From positions 7,008,053-7,072,052 of the forward strand of contig CM119270.1 in NCBI GenBank assembly GCA_051294375.1: a stretch of DNA of 64,000 nucleotides, read 5' to 3'. A program made the position numbers and the translations under genes. The notes under the pieces are model-generated. The model worked only from the letters and a program-made list of their open reading frames with translations, did no database searches and was not told where the DNA came from. This DNA comes from Paraspadella gotoi. Lineage: Eukaryota > Animalia > Chaetognatha. Below are positions 24,914 through 39,300 of the stretch, one piece after another; position 1 is the first letter of the stretch; each line of letters starts with the position of its first letter.

Positions 24914-27900
24914 ATGGCCGCCACGGAAAGCATATACAATTTAATTCCTAAAGAAAAAGTTTTAGTGAACAAGAACCCTGTTTACGTTTCCAAATCGCGT
25001 GACATGGTCAAAAACGAGAGTCAGACTTCTAAGAAAGACCACAAAACTATGGGGTAAGGCGATCGATTGTGATCCTCGAATCGCAATCGTGATTTCCCAA
25101 ATACTTTACCGGAACTAGACGAGTTTAAAACTCGACTAAGTAATAAGTATGTACTTTCCAAGAATGTACATTCTTTCTAGAGTTTTGAACTATAGGGTAT
25201 TAACTTTTATAATTCAAGGAAATTCGTCGATATAAATATAACGTTTTTACATTCATTATCCTATTTGTTCTTAGAATTGAGTCTTTATCCAAATGTAAAG
25301 GCTACCGAAATTCCATTTCTGGAAGTCAAATATACCTCTAGTCCTTGACTCGTCTGTCTAGTTTTGTCAGATTCGCCATGTTTTTAAACTTAATAGCATT
25401 TAAATGTTTAGAAACTTAAATCTCTAGAGTTAAAGAAAAGAAAGGTAAAACAGAATTAAAAAAATATTTACTTTTGATAAATTTAGGAAAAATTAATTAT
25501 TTTTCAAATTTAAAGAGCAAAACATCAAATCTTAAGATATAAGAATAAAAATAAAAGTGACGGTTTTCGCTAAAACCTTCTTACCCATTATATGCAAATT
25601 AAACTGTGAGCCAGAACTGATGGCGCTAATAAAATCGCTGCCATTCTTCTATGTATTAAGGTATATTCACCCTGATGGTTTTATAAGGTAGAAAAATCAC
25701 TGACGTTTTATGTGTATCAATTTCAATTTAATAACCTACTGTTTACTATGTAAATTTAAAATTTTATGAAGCATATTTAAATATCAAAATCGTCGGTTTG
25801 AATCTTCCACCAAAAATTCCACGTGATGATTACATTCAATTCTAATAAAATTTTCGTCTCATCTTGGATGCTGAAGTTAAACGTATACGTTAATGAGAAC
25901 CAGAAGCACTAAGTTCTAGAAAAATAAGAACGGTAGTTCCAACGTGTAGCGCCACAGTGACTTTATTTTCATGTGTATTTCCCTTTGATGATATGACAAT
26001 TTTTTTTTTTTGCCCGCATCAAAATTGCGTCTTTTATTCTTTATAGTTTTAGGAATTCCTGAAGGCGGTGCTAGCAGTCCCTTAAATCTGAGGTTTTTTC
26101 TGTCTTAACAAATGAGCACTCAACTATAAGCAGATTATATGCAGTTTTAACGTAAGTGGGATAGAACGACCGACCGACAAGTGACAGAGTTGCTCCATGA
26201 GTACTCGCGGCGCAACTAAAAAGGTTTTGGCCGCTTATGATCAGGCAATTTAAGCTTTCAGTTTCAACAAATTCATGGAATCTCGGATTGTTAAAAAAAT
26301 TGTCAGATTTTGAAAATCCACCAGCTTGTGGAAAGGTTTACCCTGGATAACCGGGGCTCCTAAGTTCAGATTTTGGAGGAGTAGGGCTGACGAGAGGCTG
26401 AACGAACTGTATTAAAAAGATGGTTGTGGCAGTATGGTACATCAAGATGATTCAAAACAAATGGAATCAACCTTCTCAACAACAACACTTTTTTACTAGC
26501 TCTCATTAAGCCTAGACATCTTTATTTCATTTTTTGTACTTGGGGTTTTACCAACAAATCTAATTAATGTTACCCCAGTCGTTAACTTCACTGAGTCAGA
26601 TTGTAGAAGCAAATATGCAGCAGATTACTGGCGCTTTTTTTTTCTCAATCCTAAATTTTAGAAATAAAAATTTATGAGCATACACTAAGTCAGTTTTGCA
26701 TAAATCTCGTACTTTTGATGGAAAAGTCCTTGATGTTTTTAAAATAACATATAATAAGTTAACTTTTATTAAGTAGTTTCGGTGTAATAAATTTTTAATT
26801 TGTGCCATACGTTTTGGGTCACGGGGTAAGTTTTAGACCAAGAAAGAGAAAAAGAAATGAAGGATTAGAGAAAACTAAACAAATTTAACTTATTACACAA
26901 CTTGAAAGATTTAAAATTGTTTTCATTTTGAATTTGTATGGATTTTTTATAATACAGAAATTTGGTTGTGGTTGTCATTGTTTACCCTATAGTAACTTTT
27001 TTCTTTTGCTCGCCTCTCAGTTACGAGAAAACGCCTTTGCGAAGCAGCAAGGAGTTTTTAAAGAAGCGAGAGAAGGAACCGATTCTTCCGGAGAAGAAGG
27101 TATTTACTTACCCTGACGCTGGAAAGGCCAAACCCCCGGTGCCGAGGAACGGCGACTATCCGCCTATGGGGTTTAAGGTAAATTTGGCAGTCGCGTTATT
27201 TCGCATTCATTTAAAATGATTTTTTCAATACCCCCTACTCTCCTCTTTGTACCCTCAGACGACGACGGACTTTGTCACGGGTAACGCCGTGAAGGCGATT
27301 GCGTCAGAGCCACGCCCACCGCGTCGTGTCTACGTCGATACGAAAAACGGAGACAAAAACGACCTTGCGCCTTCGGGCCTCGCGCCTGTCTTTGTTAACA
27401 AGAAGAAATATGGGCAGACTCCCGGTTAGAGTGGGGCGAAGCGGATAAGCCGTAAAGGAAATGATAGGTTAGGAAGACGTATTTACGTAACTTAATACAA
27501 ACAGGTTACATCACGAAGCGCAACGAGGACATGAGAAGAGCGAAGGACGACTACGACGCTTACGTGGAGGAGACCTTTCGACGACGGGCAGCAACGGTGC
27601 TGCCAGAAGACGAGAAACAGGCAAGAGGGCGTTAAGAAAATTATAACTTTCACGCGTTTGCTCGATAGTAATCCAATCGGCACATGGAGGTTGAATATTC
27701 TTTGCATCATTACAACTGATCATCTTAAATTCGTTTATCAAGTCTTCGCTCTTTACGACAGATTTTGTTTTCTCGTTTCGATTCTTTAGCTCGCGCCAAG
27801 TTTCTTTTCTCATTTGACGCTTTGTTTTAACGCTTTGTCCCGTTCAGGAGCTTCTTCATGGTCTGAAGACAAATTGGGAGCGCGCTCACCACGACTACCA

Positions 27901-28027
27901 GGGCCTCTCGCTCGTCACGGACACAGAGCACAAGCGGCAGCGGAAGGAGAAGCTGGAGGGGATCATGAAGCAGTTGGAGAGAGACATCGACATCCTGGAA
28001 AAGCATCACACCATCTACGTCGCATGA
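24914..28027 (+). CDS. ENKUR: Enkurin (ciliary microtubule inner protein), 252 aa
   Basis: Exons 24914-25053, 27021-27177, 27259-27424, 27505-27620, 27848-28027. ESIYNLIP...KTMG, EFLKKREKE, YVDTKNGDKNDL..SGL.P.FVNKKKYGQTPGY, LLHGLKTNWE...MKQLERDIDILEKH match enkurin. The last intron is GC-AG. Confidence 0.93.
26155..26222. mobile_element. HINE/DINE-1-like (Helentron-associated) element end
   Basis: (CCGA)n micro-repeat, then a hairpin AGTTGC...GCAACT and AAAAA. A related sequence lies inverted at 45452-45493. Family assignment is by resemblance only. Confidence 0.4.
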
Positions 28028-30344
28028 GACCGTCAAAAACCGATGTTACCAAAAACTGCTAGGGAAGTTATTTATATTGTAAATTAGTAATGAAAAATAA
28101 TTTAAAATTGATTAAAAAAATATTTTATCATTATATAGTAATATAAAAATTTTGATAGTAACACGAAAAGCATTAAAAATTAACTGTTTTAACTACCTGA
28201 AAGTAGACATCAAAACTAAAGTTTTGTAACCACTCCCCTTCTGATTTTAATTTCATAGTAGATATCTACGGGCAGAGGGATATTCTTTACGAAAATGCCT
28301 CAAATGCTGTAGTTTATACTATCCTGCAAACTATCCCTTATTGAAAAAACAGCTGTACGATTACTACGATTAGTCTGATCTGACGATATGAAAAATGAAC
28401 TCTTTCATACATTACATTTCAAAGTCGAAATATGGATTTTCTACTTCAGTCTTGAAGAATTTAACTTTTCCTTTTTTTCAAAATCAAGATGTTACTTTGC
28501 CTTCACCTCCCAGACGGTGACAATTATATGTATTATGTTTTTTTTATTGCTACTATTTCTGCACATAATTTTTTTTAAACAACAATTCTTAATGTACATG
28601 CAGCTGAGAGAACTGATTTTTTAAAAACCTAGTTTCATTGGATATCTGGGTATCATGCATAAAATTCATTCCACACCGACAAGCTGTTGACAAAAAGTCA
28701 ATCAGTTTGGTAAACGAAACTAAATAGCTAGAGCTCGCTAATATCATCATTGCGTTAACATTGTTCATTTTCCTGACAGTGGCTGATACTTGTTCCTTGC
28801 ATTGCAAAAAAAATCAGCTTACGAAAGCAATCTTGCTTTGTGATAATGTTGTTTAATGTGATACTTTGATAAGAATCGGGTCAATGTTAAATTACATTCA
28901 TAAATCTTAAAACCCCAGTCTACTAATTAACACTTTACAGAAGCATCTGCAATGAAACATGGCCCATCATCAGTTGAAAAAATAAGAAGAAAAAACCCGG
29001 CTATTTTACATGAAATTTACAGTTCATCAGTTGTATAAAACAGTTAATGCATAGATCCGACGTTGCGTGAATCTAAAGTGTATTCTGTTGTCTAACTTTT
29101 CATTTAAATACAGACAAATATCTCTCTGTATGTACATAAAGAGTCACTTTGTGAAAACGTAAATGAATGATTTATCAGAAGCTACCCCCATCTATAATAA
29201 CAAATAACAGACGAGCCTGCGGTGAAAGTTTTTACAAAAATCGTCTAACTACATCTGTATAGTAAATTAAACTGACCTGCGAACAAGTTTTTCTTCAAAT
29301 CACAACAGACAACAAAAAACTCCGCAATACAATAAAAATTCCTTTATGGCACGTGGACGAATAAACCGGATACTACATCCTTACGATGTCGGAAAAGAAT
29401 TTACAAATATGTACGCGTTTCAAATAAATAGCGTGAACATGCTTCGACGACGCATTAATCGTTTCAGTTTGTGCTCAATGTTTTTTATTAACATATATAA
29501 TTTATATATATTTTTCGTTGAATGTTTTTCCCTCATAACATCAATGTTATCCGATCGAAACGATAACGAAAAAATTATGTGTATGTGTACGTAAAATCCG
29601 GGAGAGGGATTGGGGGAAGATAGACCAAAGGAAAAAAAGGAATCTTGAAACAGACAGTCCTCACTGTACAGACTAGATTTCGGGAGAGGGCACTTTGCAC
29701 CTTTAAAATATCGACTTCGAGTCAGACGTCGATTGGGGAAAATGGGGGGGGGGAAGGGCGAGGAGCGAAATTGAAAAGGTGTGGTTTAGGTGTGAAAAAA
29801 TATTGATTAAAGAAATCGCGAGCGACGAATCGGATGTAGAACTATCAAGTATAAGTGAAAAAAAATTGTGAGAAATGCTGGAAATTGTGACCCTGATTTG
29901 GGAAAAGAGAGAGAAGGGGGGAAGAGAGGAGACGTGGGAAAGAGCGAAGGGCGGGAATAATCACCCTCCGTAATGGGTCAATTCAAGGTTTAGAACGGAC
30001 AAAATCCGAGGAAGAATAACAAAGAAAAAACTGGTAGAAATGCCTTTTTTTGCCATAAAAAATCAGCGATAAAAATGCGTAGCAGTCAACAAACACCCTT
30101 TTAAAAACTTTTATCGGTTTTGTTTGGGTTTTTTTTTTTGTAATCTGATAAAACAATGAAACGATGAACAAACACTGCTACCAACGAAAATGTAATAGAC
30201 AATAAATCTTGAACAAAGAAAAAACAAACAAACATTAGCTAAGAGACTTCCGGTACAATATTTTTTTTCTTTTCCCTGTCGGTCCGGCTAGAGACGTAAA
30301 ATAAGCGCCCTCAGCAGCCCCAGTCACCCTTCCATCTGCTTCGT

Positions 30345-33300
30345 TCACCGATAACCGCTGCCGCTCCTGTTGTAGCCAGGACCCCTGCCCCGCCGGCCTC
30401 CCTCGTAGGGGCCGTTGTAACGATTGAAGTCCCTGTGTCCGTCACGGCCTCCGAACTGCCCCGATCCGCCGGAGCCACCCCGTGGCGGAGGTGGCGGCGC
30501 GTTTCGGGCGTCCAGGCCGCCGCCGCGTCGATCCTCGCGGCCGTGGCGGTGTGAAGAAGAAGACCCGTGATGGTAACCAGAAGCATAGGACGAAAACTTT
30601 TCTCCGCAAGCTCCGCCACCCCGAGTAGCTCCCGGGGCTTCCGAACCGAACTTGTCGCCGCCCCGGGATCCAACACCGCCAGCCGTGGATTCGGCGCTCT
30701 TCCTATCCGACCGAGGCGGATCGGAAGGCGGTTGCGGAGCCGGCGGCGGCGTTGAAGGATAAGAGTGACCAGAGTTGCGCGCAGAACTCCTGGAACCTGA
30801 AAACGAGGGAGTTTAATCACCAAGATTAAAAAAGAGCTACTCAATCATGGACTCACCTTGGTATTGCATTCCTCTTTCCCTGTTTGAATTGCTGGAAATT
30901 GCTGTTCCCCCGTTGGGCGGGAGGGGACCTGGAAAAGAAAAATTAAATTAAAAATTGCAACAAAAAAAAAAATTAACAAATCTTCAACGAAATTCAGAAA
31001 TGCTAAGTTTCGGCGGATCTCACCGTCGTGAGAATAACTGCGATTGATCGCCGTTGGCGGTGGAGGCGGAGGAGGTGGTGGCGGGGAATGAAGTCTGTTA
31101 GGTCCACTCGATTCTGAAATAATTGATTTCGTTTGTAGTTTCATGGATTTTTGATTAAAGCCAGAATAGAGCCAGATTACTATATTTGGCATATTTGCAT
31201 TATGTTTATATCTAGTTTATTTTTCTTCTCATTTCTAGTTAATTGTGAATCAATAGGTTTTATGTTTAGATTTATAGAATGGTTAATTGCAGAACTTAGG
31301 GAGCAAAAAAATCGACAACCGATTCTCACCAGCGCCGCCGGGGGCCTGTTCCTCGTCCTCTTCGACAGTAAGGCCGAATTCTCGCTGCAAACGCGCCATC
31401 AGGTCCTCGCGACGCTGGCCGCCGCCTTCGTCCTGCAGACGCTCCTCGGCCGCAGTGGGACGCGACCAGGCGTCGCCCAGATCCGCCTGAAAAACCGTCG
31501 AGATTAAAATGATAGTTTGTTTAGGTAATATAAACTGTAATCGGTGTTATGGTTTGATTCCAACTTACCTGATGAGGTCTTCGATCCGGTGAGCTTTCTC
31601 CGTCGTAGTTAACCGCTCCAAGTTCAGGAGGCGGCGGAGGAGGCGGGGGTGGAGGGGAAGACGACCGCAATCCCCTTGCTTGCAATTGCGTATGCGCCTG
31701 CTGCTGGTAATATTGGCTAGAGGACCCCGCTGGTTGATGAGAGGGCGGCGGTGGCGGCGGCGAAACCCCGTCCCGACAGCCCGGGCCGACCGGAGCTTCG
31801 TGGCCGATCTGTCCGCCAGAGCCGCGTATATAATCCTTGGCTCCGGATGATGACCGCGAGTATGATGAGCGCCAGTAGCCTTCAGAGGACGACGACCATC
31901 CTGTCGATGAACTGAATGATGCGTGATGCTGCGACTGTTGCGGGTATTGTTGCTGAGGCAGTTGCTGCTGTTGATTGGGGCTATCATTGGCTGAAGACTT
32001 TCCGCCTTTGCGCTTTCGGTATTCTGTCAAAGACATCTGAAAAACAATAAATCATACATTATTTATTAGTTATTTACGATGAAGCCGCAACATTGATAAT
32101 CGATAATCTAAACAAAATTTAGTAAACACGATCTACAAATACTCTATAATTTGGATCCCTACCGTGACTCCAAGGCATACTTAGCGAACTTAGATTTTTG
32201 CAAGATTATTTCTATTTAATTTATTCAATTTTATTTATTAATTTTTTTTAGAAACAAGAGTTGTATTATATAGTTACAGTTAATAGTTTCTTGAATGTAT
32301 AAAAGTTTCATCAAGCAGCCCAAATCTCAGAGGGCGTGAACAAACGTCAGGCAACCAAAAAAAAATCAACGAACCGACCAATAAACCATAAGTAAATTTT
32401 ATTTTCGCCGAATAAAAATTTGAATTAAAAAAAACTTGAAAAAAATCTTGCCTTTTTCTTCGGAGCCGGCGGCTTAAGTTGTTCCATCTCGCTTTGATCG
32501 TTGACAGGGCTGTTGTCCCCGAATACGAGGTGTTGTCTGTTGTTACCGCCGGCCGACGGAGGTATGGATGCTCCGCCGGGCGTCCCGACGGGAGATTCGA
32601 TTGTTCGAAGAGTCGTCCCCGGCAACGGCGCCAGCTTGGACGCCTCGAAATCCCGACGCTCCATCTCCAGAGACGTGGGCGGAGGCGTCTGACGAGGCGA
32701 CATTGTCGACGATAAGAGCGACGTCATGGGCGGGACCGCCGGCTGTTGCAATTGCAGCTGCTGGTGCTGGGAAGAAGACAAAGCGCCGAAGTCCTTTGGA
32801 AGTATTCCCCAGCCGTTAGTCATGTGCGTGGAAAGCGTCGTAATGGACGGAGTCGTTGGCGGGACACCCGAAGAGTGAGAAAAATCCTTGGAAGAGGACT
32901 CCGCGCCCTGTGAGGGTCCGACAACGCCGCCGCTGTCGAATCGCGAAAAAGGACCGCCCCCGCCGCCGTTTGAAGGTTCGTTTTCCAGAGGTGTCGACGG
33001 GCGGTTGGGTGAATCCAAAGAGGGCGGCGTCGCCCGTGAGGGAAGGGTGGATATAGAAGGGAGGGTAGAAATACTCGGCTTATTATTCAAACTGGCCAGT
33101 AATGTAGTCGCGGGTTTGAATATGCTCGACGACACCTCCGGCTGGGGGGGGACCTTGGAGTCCTCGATAGCTTTCACTTCTCCAACGTTAGGCGAATTAG
33201 AATCAGTCTCCGGTTTCTCCTCCGACGGAAAACTTTCGGTCCGCTTCTCCTCTGACTTGAGCTCCTTTGAATCGCCAGTAGCCTCTTGCTTAACTTCTTC

Positions 33301-36300
33301 CAAAGATCCTTCTATCTTAGGTGACCTCGGTTTTTCCTCTCCCTCTCTTGCCCGACCTACTTCGTCCTTTTTATCCACCTCTTTGGAGTCTTCTTTCAGC
33401 TCCACCTTCATCGCCTCTTCCTTTACTTCCTCCACCTCCTCAAGGTCCTTCCAGGGACTCTCGACAAATACTTCGGACGGAGAGAGCAGCTCAGAGGATT
33501 CTCGTGCCAAGCGACGCTTTTTGAGCGGCGTGGCGATATCTATCGGGCCAGCGACGCCCGACTGATGACTTGGTGACGGGCAAGTCGCGGTGGGCGATTC
33601 CAGCGACACCGCCGCAATCGTTGTAGCTGCCGCAGGAGAAGCTGAATTGTCCACGCTTTCGGAAATTGCCTGACGTAACCAGCGTTTCTTGGCGCTGCCT
33701 GACGAAGACGTCATGGCGCCGGATGACGCCGCGGTCGCTGACTTGGAAGCGCCCAAAGCGTCACGCTTCTGCCAATCCTTGACGTTGGGATTCAGGGCCG
33801 TCTTTACGAAAGAGACGGTGTCTTCTCCCTCTTTGTCGCCGTCGGAAACTTCTGTCTCCTTGGTAGATGCACCCGACGACGTCTCTCTTCCTGGGGACAT
33901 CTCTGTTGCCAATGTCCGCGGTGAATCTTCTCCGTCGTCGTCGGCGGCTGCTGCGATTCTTCTTCGATTCAACGTTCCCGCGCTCTTCGCTCGCGCAACT
34001 TTTCCACCGGACGAATGCAGCGGCGTTGAGGAGCCACTGAGAATGCTGTCGTCATTGGAAGAAAGGTTTCCGTGGTCGGACGACCCCGTCGACTGAGAGC
34101 TCGTGCGACGACGCTTGGCATCACCGGAAGAGGCTAAAGCGCCCATGGAGGTAGGTTTTCCGTTTCCTTTACCGCCCTTGGCTTTACCCCTTTGGCCTTT
34201 CGGCTTTCCTCCTACGTCCCGAGATAAGAGCTCCACAGCCACGATGGGCAAAGTTTTTTCCTTCTCTCTTCCTCTCTTTTTCTCCTCTCTTCTTTCCTCC
34301 TTCAGTTGCGCCTTTCGCTGCTCGATTTTCTCCATCTTTTCAAAGGCCTTCATGATGGCCTCCATTTTCAACTCCTCGCGAGAGCGGCGACTTTCCTCGT
34401 AGGGATCTTTGATTTGCGACGGGGTCGTGATGGCCTGCACCTCCCTCGAGAGTCCCTTTCCAGAAATTTCCGGGGTCGTCGGCGGAGAGGCGATCAGGAG
34501 GCTGAGGTTGGCTCGAGCCGCTTTTCGGGCCGGCGTCGAAACGGGCGCCTCTTTAGCGATCGTATCGGGCCCCGAGGGCTGGGGCGGCGCCGCGGGAGCC
34601 TCGATCGCGGTTTCTGGTGATTTGGGCAGCGTTGGGACGGGGCACTTCTCATGATCTTCCTCTTCTTCCTCGAAAACCTCTTCCACGGAGCCTCCGCCGT
34701 TCTTTTTGGATTTGTCCTCCTCTTCGTCATACTCGTCAGTGTCCTCGTCCTTGGAATCCGACTCAGCCGCCTCCTTCTCAACTTCGGGCAAACTTCGTTG
34801 GCTTTTGACCCTGACTAGAGACTTTCGCTTGGCGACATTGACGACGGCGGGGGCGCTCTTTTGCCGTCGAGTCGTCAACGCAGTCTTTCTCGAGCGCGGA
34901 GACATCGCCGTCGCCGCTGGACCCAAGCGATTCTTGCCGTGAATCTTAATCGAATTCTTTCGCATCAGCTTGGCCGTTTTCGCTCGAGGAACGGCGGCGC
35001 CGCCACGATTGCTTTTGGGGGGGCGTTTCATCCCTCGACTTTGGGATTGTCGTTTGCGTTTCTGCATCAATTGTTCCATTTCTTCTTCCTCGTCGTCTTC
35101 CTCGTCCTCTGCTTCATCTCGAACGTCCTCTTCATCATCCTCTATGGAATTCTTTTTTGGACTCGAGGAGACGACGCCATCGGCGAGAGGTGTCGACTCC
35201 GTCGGCGACGCCGCCTCTGCGGCATTGGCGAGCGACGACGGCGCTTCCGCCTGATTCCTGCTCTGCTGCGCTTTTTCCAGCTCTCGTTTGCACTCTTGCG
35301 CCACGGCAGATAGCAGGTCCATAGGAGAGGCCATGGGAGGAAGGTCCCAGTTTTTGTCCAGCATTTGGGTGGGAAATAGGGAGGTTGCTGGCGGCACCGT
35401 TGCTGTCATCTCTACCGGTGGGGTCTTGATCGGCGGTGAACACAACCTCGATCCTCCCGAAGACCCGTCTTCGGTTTCACCGTGCGGCGCAAGGGATCGA
35501 CCGGGCGATGCCACGGGAGACAGCGGCGCCGTGACCGTGAAGGCGCTGTGCGGCTCCGGTTGGGAAAGAAGCCTTCCGGGCGCAGACTTGAAAACCGAAG
35601 AAGTAATATCCCCGGCCGGTAACGGCGCCAATTCCGCACAGGACGCGGCGGTGTTGGACTTTTTTCTCGATCTCTTTGTTTTGGCGCCGGCGGTCAAAGA
35701 CACATCTTCGACACCGCGAGACGGAGATCCGAGCGGCGTCGACGCCTCCTCCTGCTTGGTGGAGCTCTTCAACCTCTTCCGCTGCTTGGGTGGAATAGGG
35801 AAGTCGTCGGAAACAACCGTCGACGACGACGACGACGGCTGTGCGCTCATCTTCAGCTGCCGGAGCTTTTGGTTGTGCTTCGCCACGGGGCAATAACTCC
35901 GATTGCAGGCGCAGTCGGCCAAATATTCGCTGCGGAGGTAAAAAATAATTATGCAGTAGAGTACAATGCTCTTATAGTTTCAAGGTTTTGGAGAACGGTT
36001 TTTCTACAAAATGGTATAAAAGGTATAATTGAGTCGGCTATTTATAAACATAAAACATGATCTTGGCATCTTAAAAACAATTTTGTGTGGGCAAACGAAG
36101 AAGCTTCGGACAGAAGGGTAGTGGGGGGTAATTCGGAACAGTGGTAATTCAGAATACTGACATATAAAATTAAATAAAAAATTGTGTACTTATCTTCTAA
36201 AACAATTTTTAGTGCATTAAATATTTCCTTAAGTTGACCTTTCATAATTGTTTCAGCATTCCACTGCAACAGCAATTTTAAAAAAGCTTGTCAAATTTTG

Positions 36301-39300
36301 TTTTAAGTACATAGTTCTAAGCCTCTGTCACAGTCATATTTGACGTAATATTGTTGAAACTAAACTTAATATCTGTATTTAATCTGACTACTAATTTTTA
36401 GTTATTGTACAGAAAATTTTGAAAAAAATTAGTTATTTTTTTTTACATAGCATACTTACAATTAAATTGGGGTAAAATTCTTATACTAATATTATTACAG
36501 TACAAAACTATTTTTAGAAAAAAAAAATATACAAAAGTTTAAACTAGAATTTAATGCCTAAATAAGGTTAAAAAATTAGTATGAAACAAAATTAAGATGA
36601 AATTAATATAAAAATTAATATTAAAAATATTAGGAAAGAAAGAAATAAAAATAAAATCAAATATAAAAATATAAATAAAAATGGTGAATAAAAAGAATAA
36701 AGAAAAATAATATTGGAAATAAAAAAAGCGAAAACCTATATTAATTGGAAAGGAAGATAGGGACGAAATGTAGTAATGGAAGGAAATAATAATAACTTTG
36801 TTAAGCATATACACAAATTTCGTATCTATTGTCATTCAATAATTTTTAAAAAGTGAAAACATAGTACAAAAAATAATTTTAGTGAAAGGCTTTATGCACT
36901 TAGTAATAGTGTTTTAGTTATCGTTTCCTGTAATATTATAAAAAATTATACATAATATATTAAGTGTTCTGAATTACCCCAGGTTGGAGTAAAACGGAAC
37001 ACTTTTAAATTTTTTTTAAAATGCCGACCCAAGGAGTCGCAAAATAAAAACGACTGAATCAACCTGTAGCGGGGAACATTTTCCTGGATATATCACCCGA
37101 AAATTTTTTTATCTAAATATATTTACTTGGCGTAAAATTTGATTCCTTTCAAAAGTGTTCCGAATTACCCCGCTCTACCCTTTTTACCCTACCCAATTAA
37201 GAAAAAACTACTAATTTTCATAAAAAATAATTTTCAGTAATATTTCAAAATCTAACTTATTGCAAATAATAATTTTTCAATAATTTTTCGAAACCTAATT
37301 TATTGGAAAAAGTACGGTAAGGCTATTTTTTCATACGAGAACAAAATGGAGAGATATTCCCAAAACTGACGCCAGATGGCAGTTGCAATCAAAAAATTGA
37401 TCATTTGTTCACAAAAAACCTGACTTTTCATCTAAATTTATTATTATCATTTCAATAAGAAAACTTACCAATCTTTGTAGTTGTAGTCGAAAGGAATGGT
37501 AACTTCAGTTCCCTTGGGTATAGCTTCCATGGTGTACAAGAGAAAGTGAATGCCGTCCTTATCGATAACGTGCGAAACCTGGGAGGAAAAAAAATGGATA
37601 GTACTTGGCATTTTCTTTAAGTCCGTCTCTCTCTCTCTCACTCTCTCTCACCTCGGCATTGGGATGGCATGCCCTCCGCACATATCGCGTCTCATTCCCG
37701 CTTGTCCGCCCATCGATAAAGAGCTCGAGGCCATCGAGCTTGTTGTAGTAGAGGCCGAAGGGGTAGGGCTTTTTACGGCGGGTCCTCGATCCCTGGTTGT
37801 CTTCGAATTGGTGCCACAGCATCACCTTGCCCTTATACTCGCAAACGCAGGTTCGACCGGAAATATCTTCTTTGGCTAAAAGTCCCTGACGGGCGCTTCC
37901 CTAGAATAGAACAAACAGGATTAGGAGTATTAGAAGAGTAAATTAGCGACAGAAACCAAATAGAAAACTTGTTATTTGTGTATTTTTAAGTCGGTTATAC
38001 TCCCAACTTTATACATTCTTTTTTAAATTAAATAATATCCTTATTAGAGGCAGATGATAAAAGAAAAGGGGACTAAATTTTTACCTGTCTGGCTTTCTTC
38101 TTGATAAGACCAACTTTGATGTTATGGATGCCCACCATGGGACTGACTTCACTGATGTTCATCAGTTGACCGTTGAGACGCGAGGCCAAGATGTCTTTTA
38201 GGCCATCAATAAACAGATTTTTCTCTAAAGTCTCGTACGAATCTGTCCATGGGCTGGGAGGAAAAATAGATAACAATATAAAATACATGGCAGTAAAATT
38301 TTTCATTCAAATTATTTATTCCATTGTTATAAAATTAGTAAAGACATTATCAAAATTATCTATACATTTAATAAAAAATCCGTGAACATTCTTTTATCTA
38401 ATTGTAACAAGAAAATAGCATTTCCTATCTTCATTCATAAGGAAATGAAGTTTTTGAAGTGAGAGAAACTCGAATGTAAGCTTTTAATCAAGGGCATAGT
38501 TTGTTAAGTAATTGGAAGATGAATGGTGGCTTTAGTAATTAACCATCGCCTGTCTCTTGTTAAAAAGTTAATTGAATGAATATTGAATAATTATACTTTT
38601 ATATAGTCGAATCATATTTAATATATTGATATGTCATCAAGTTATTTTAATTAATACAATTATGAGAACAAATAATTCATTTTTGTGAACTTCGTCGCTT
38701 GTATTCGAACTTTTGACCTTTAACTTTCAATCCCTTATCCTGTCTCTTTTGTTCTTCCTAAAAAAACTTTTTAATTCTAAACATTAAGACTAATTTATTA
38801 CGTGACCGAAGAGATGAAACATGTCAAAAACTTAACTCATTCAAAAACAAATATTAAATATTTAGTCAATATTGAGATTATTAACGAAAAAATTATTTAT
38901 GAAATTGGTACAACCAATATAACAATTATCCATTCAATTAATAAATAAGCTATCTTGCCCCTGACTTTGGACAGGCTTTGGTGGTTTAAGGCCTCCATCA
39001 CTCTTACAAATAATGACATAGCAGGTCCTGCAAGCTTTCAATCAAGACTCTTTCACAGTTCGTTTATTCACTCCCAGAGTACCTGGTCTTCCTATCAATG
39101 AAGTGGAAAATATTTCAAAGAATGTTTCAATTGTATGAAAAGACCACTCCCTTAAGTATTAGATCGGGGAATACTTATTGTACTCCGCACTAGCATCAAA
39201 ATACAAGGAGCTGAATTTTATGAAATTGGTACAACCAATATAAAAATTATCCATTCATTTAATAAATAAGCTATCTTGCCCCTGACTTTGGACAGGCTTT

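Noticed and set aside
26385-26410. CTGACGA (also CTGATGA at ~54690 and ~54745) as hammerhead ribozyme cores
   Set aside because: No stem II followed by GAAA and no closing stems.
30311-30844. 177-aa ORF as the KMT2E last exon
   Set aside because: Splice phase places the exon in another frame ending at 30345.
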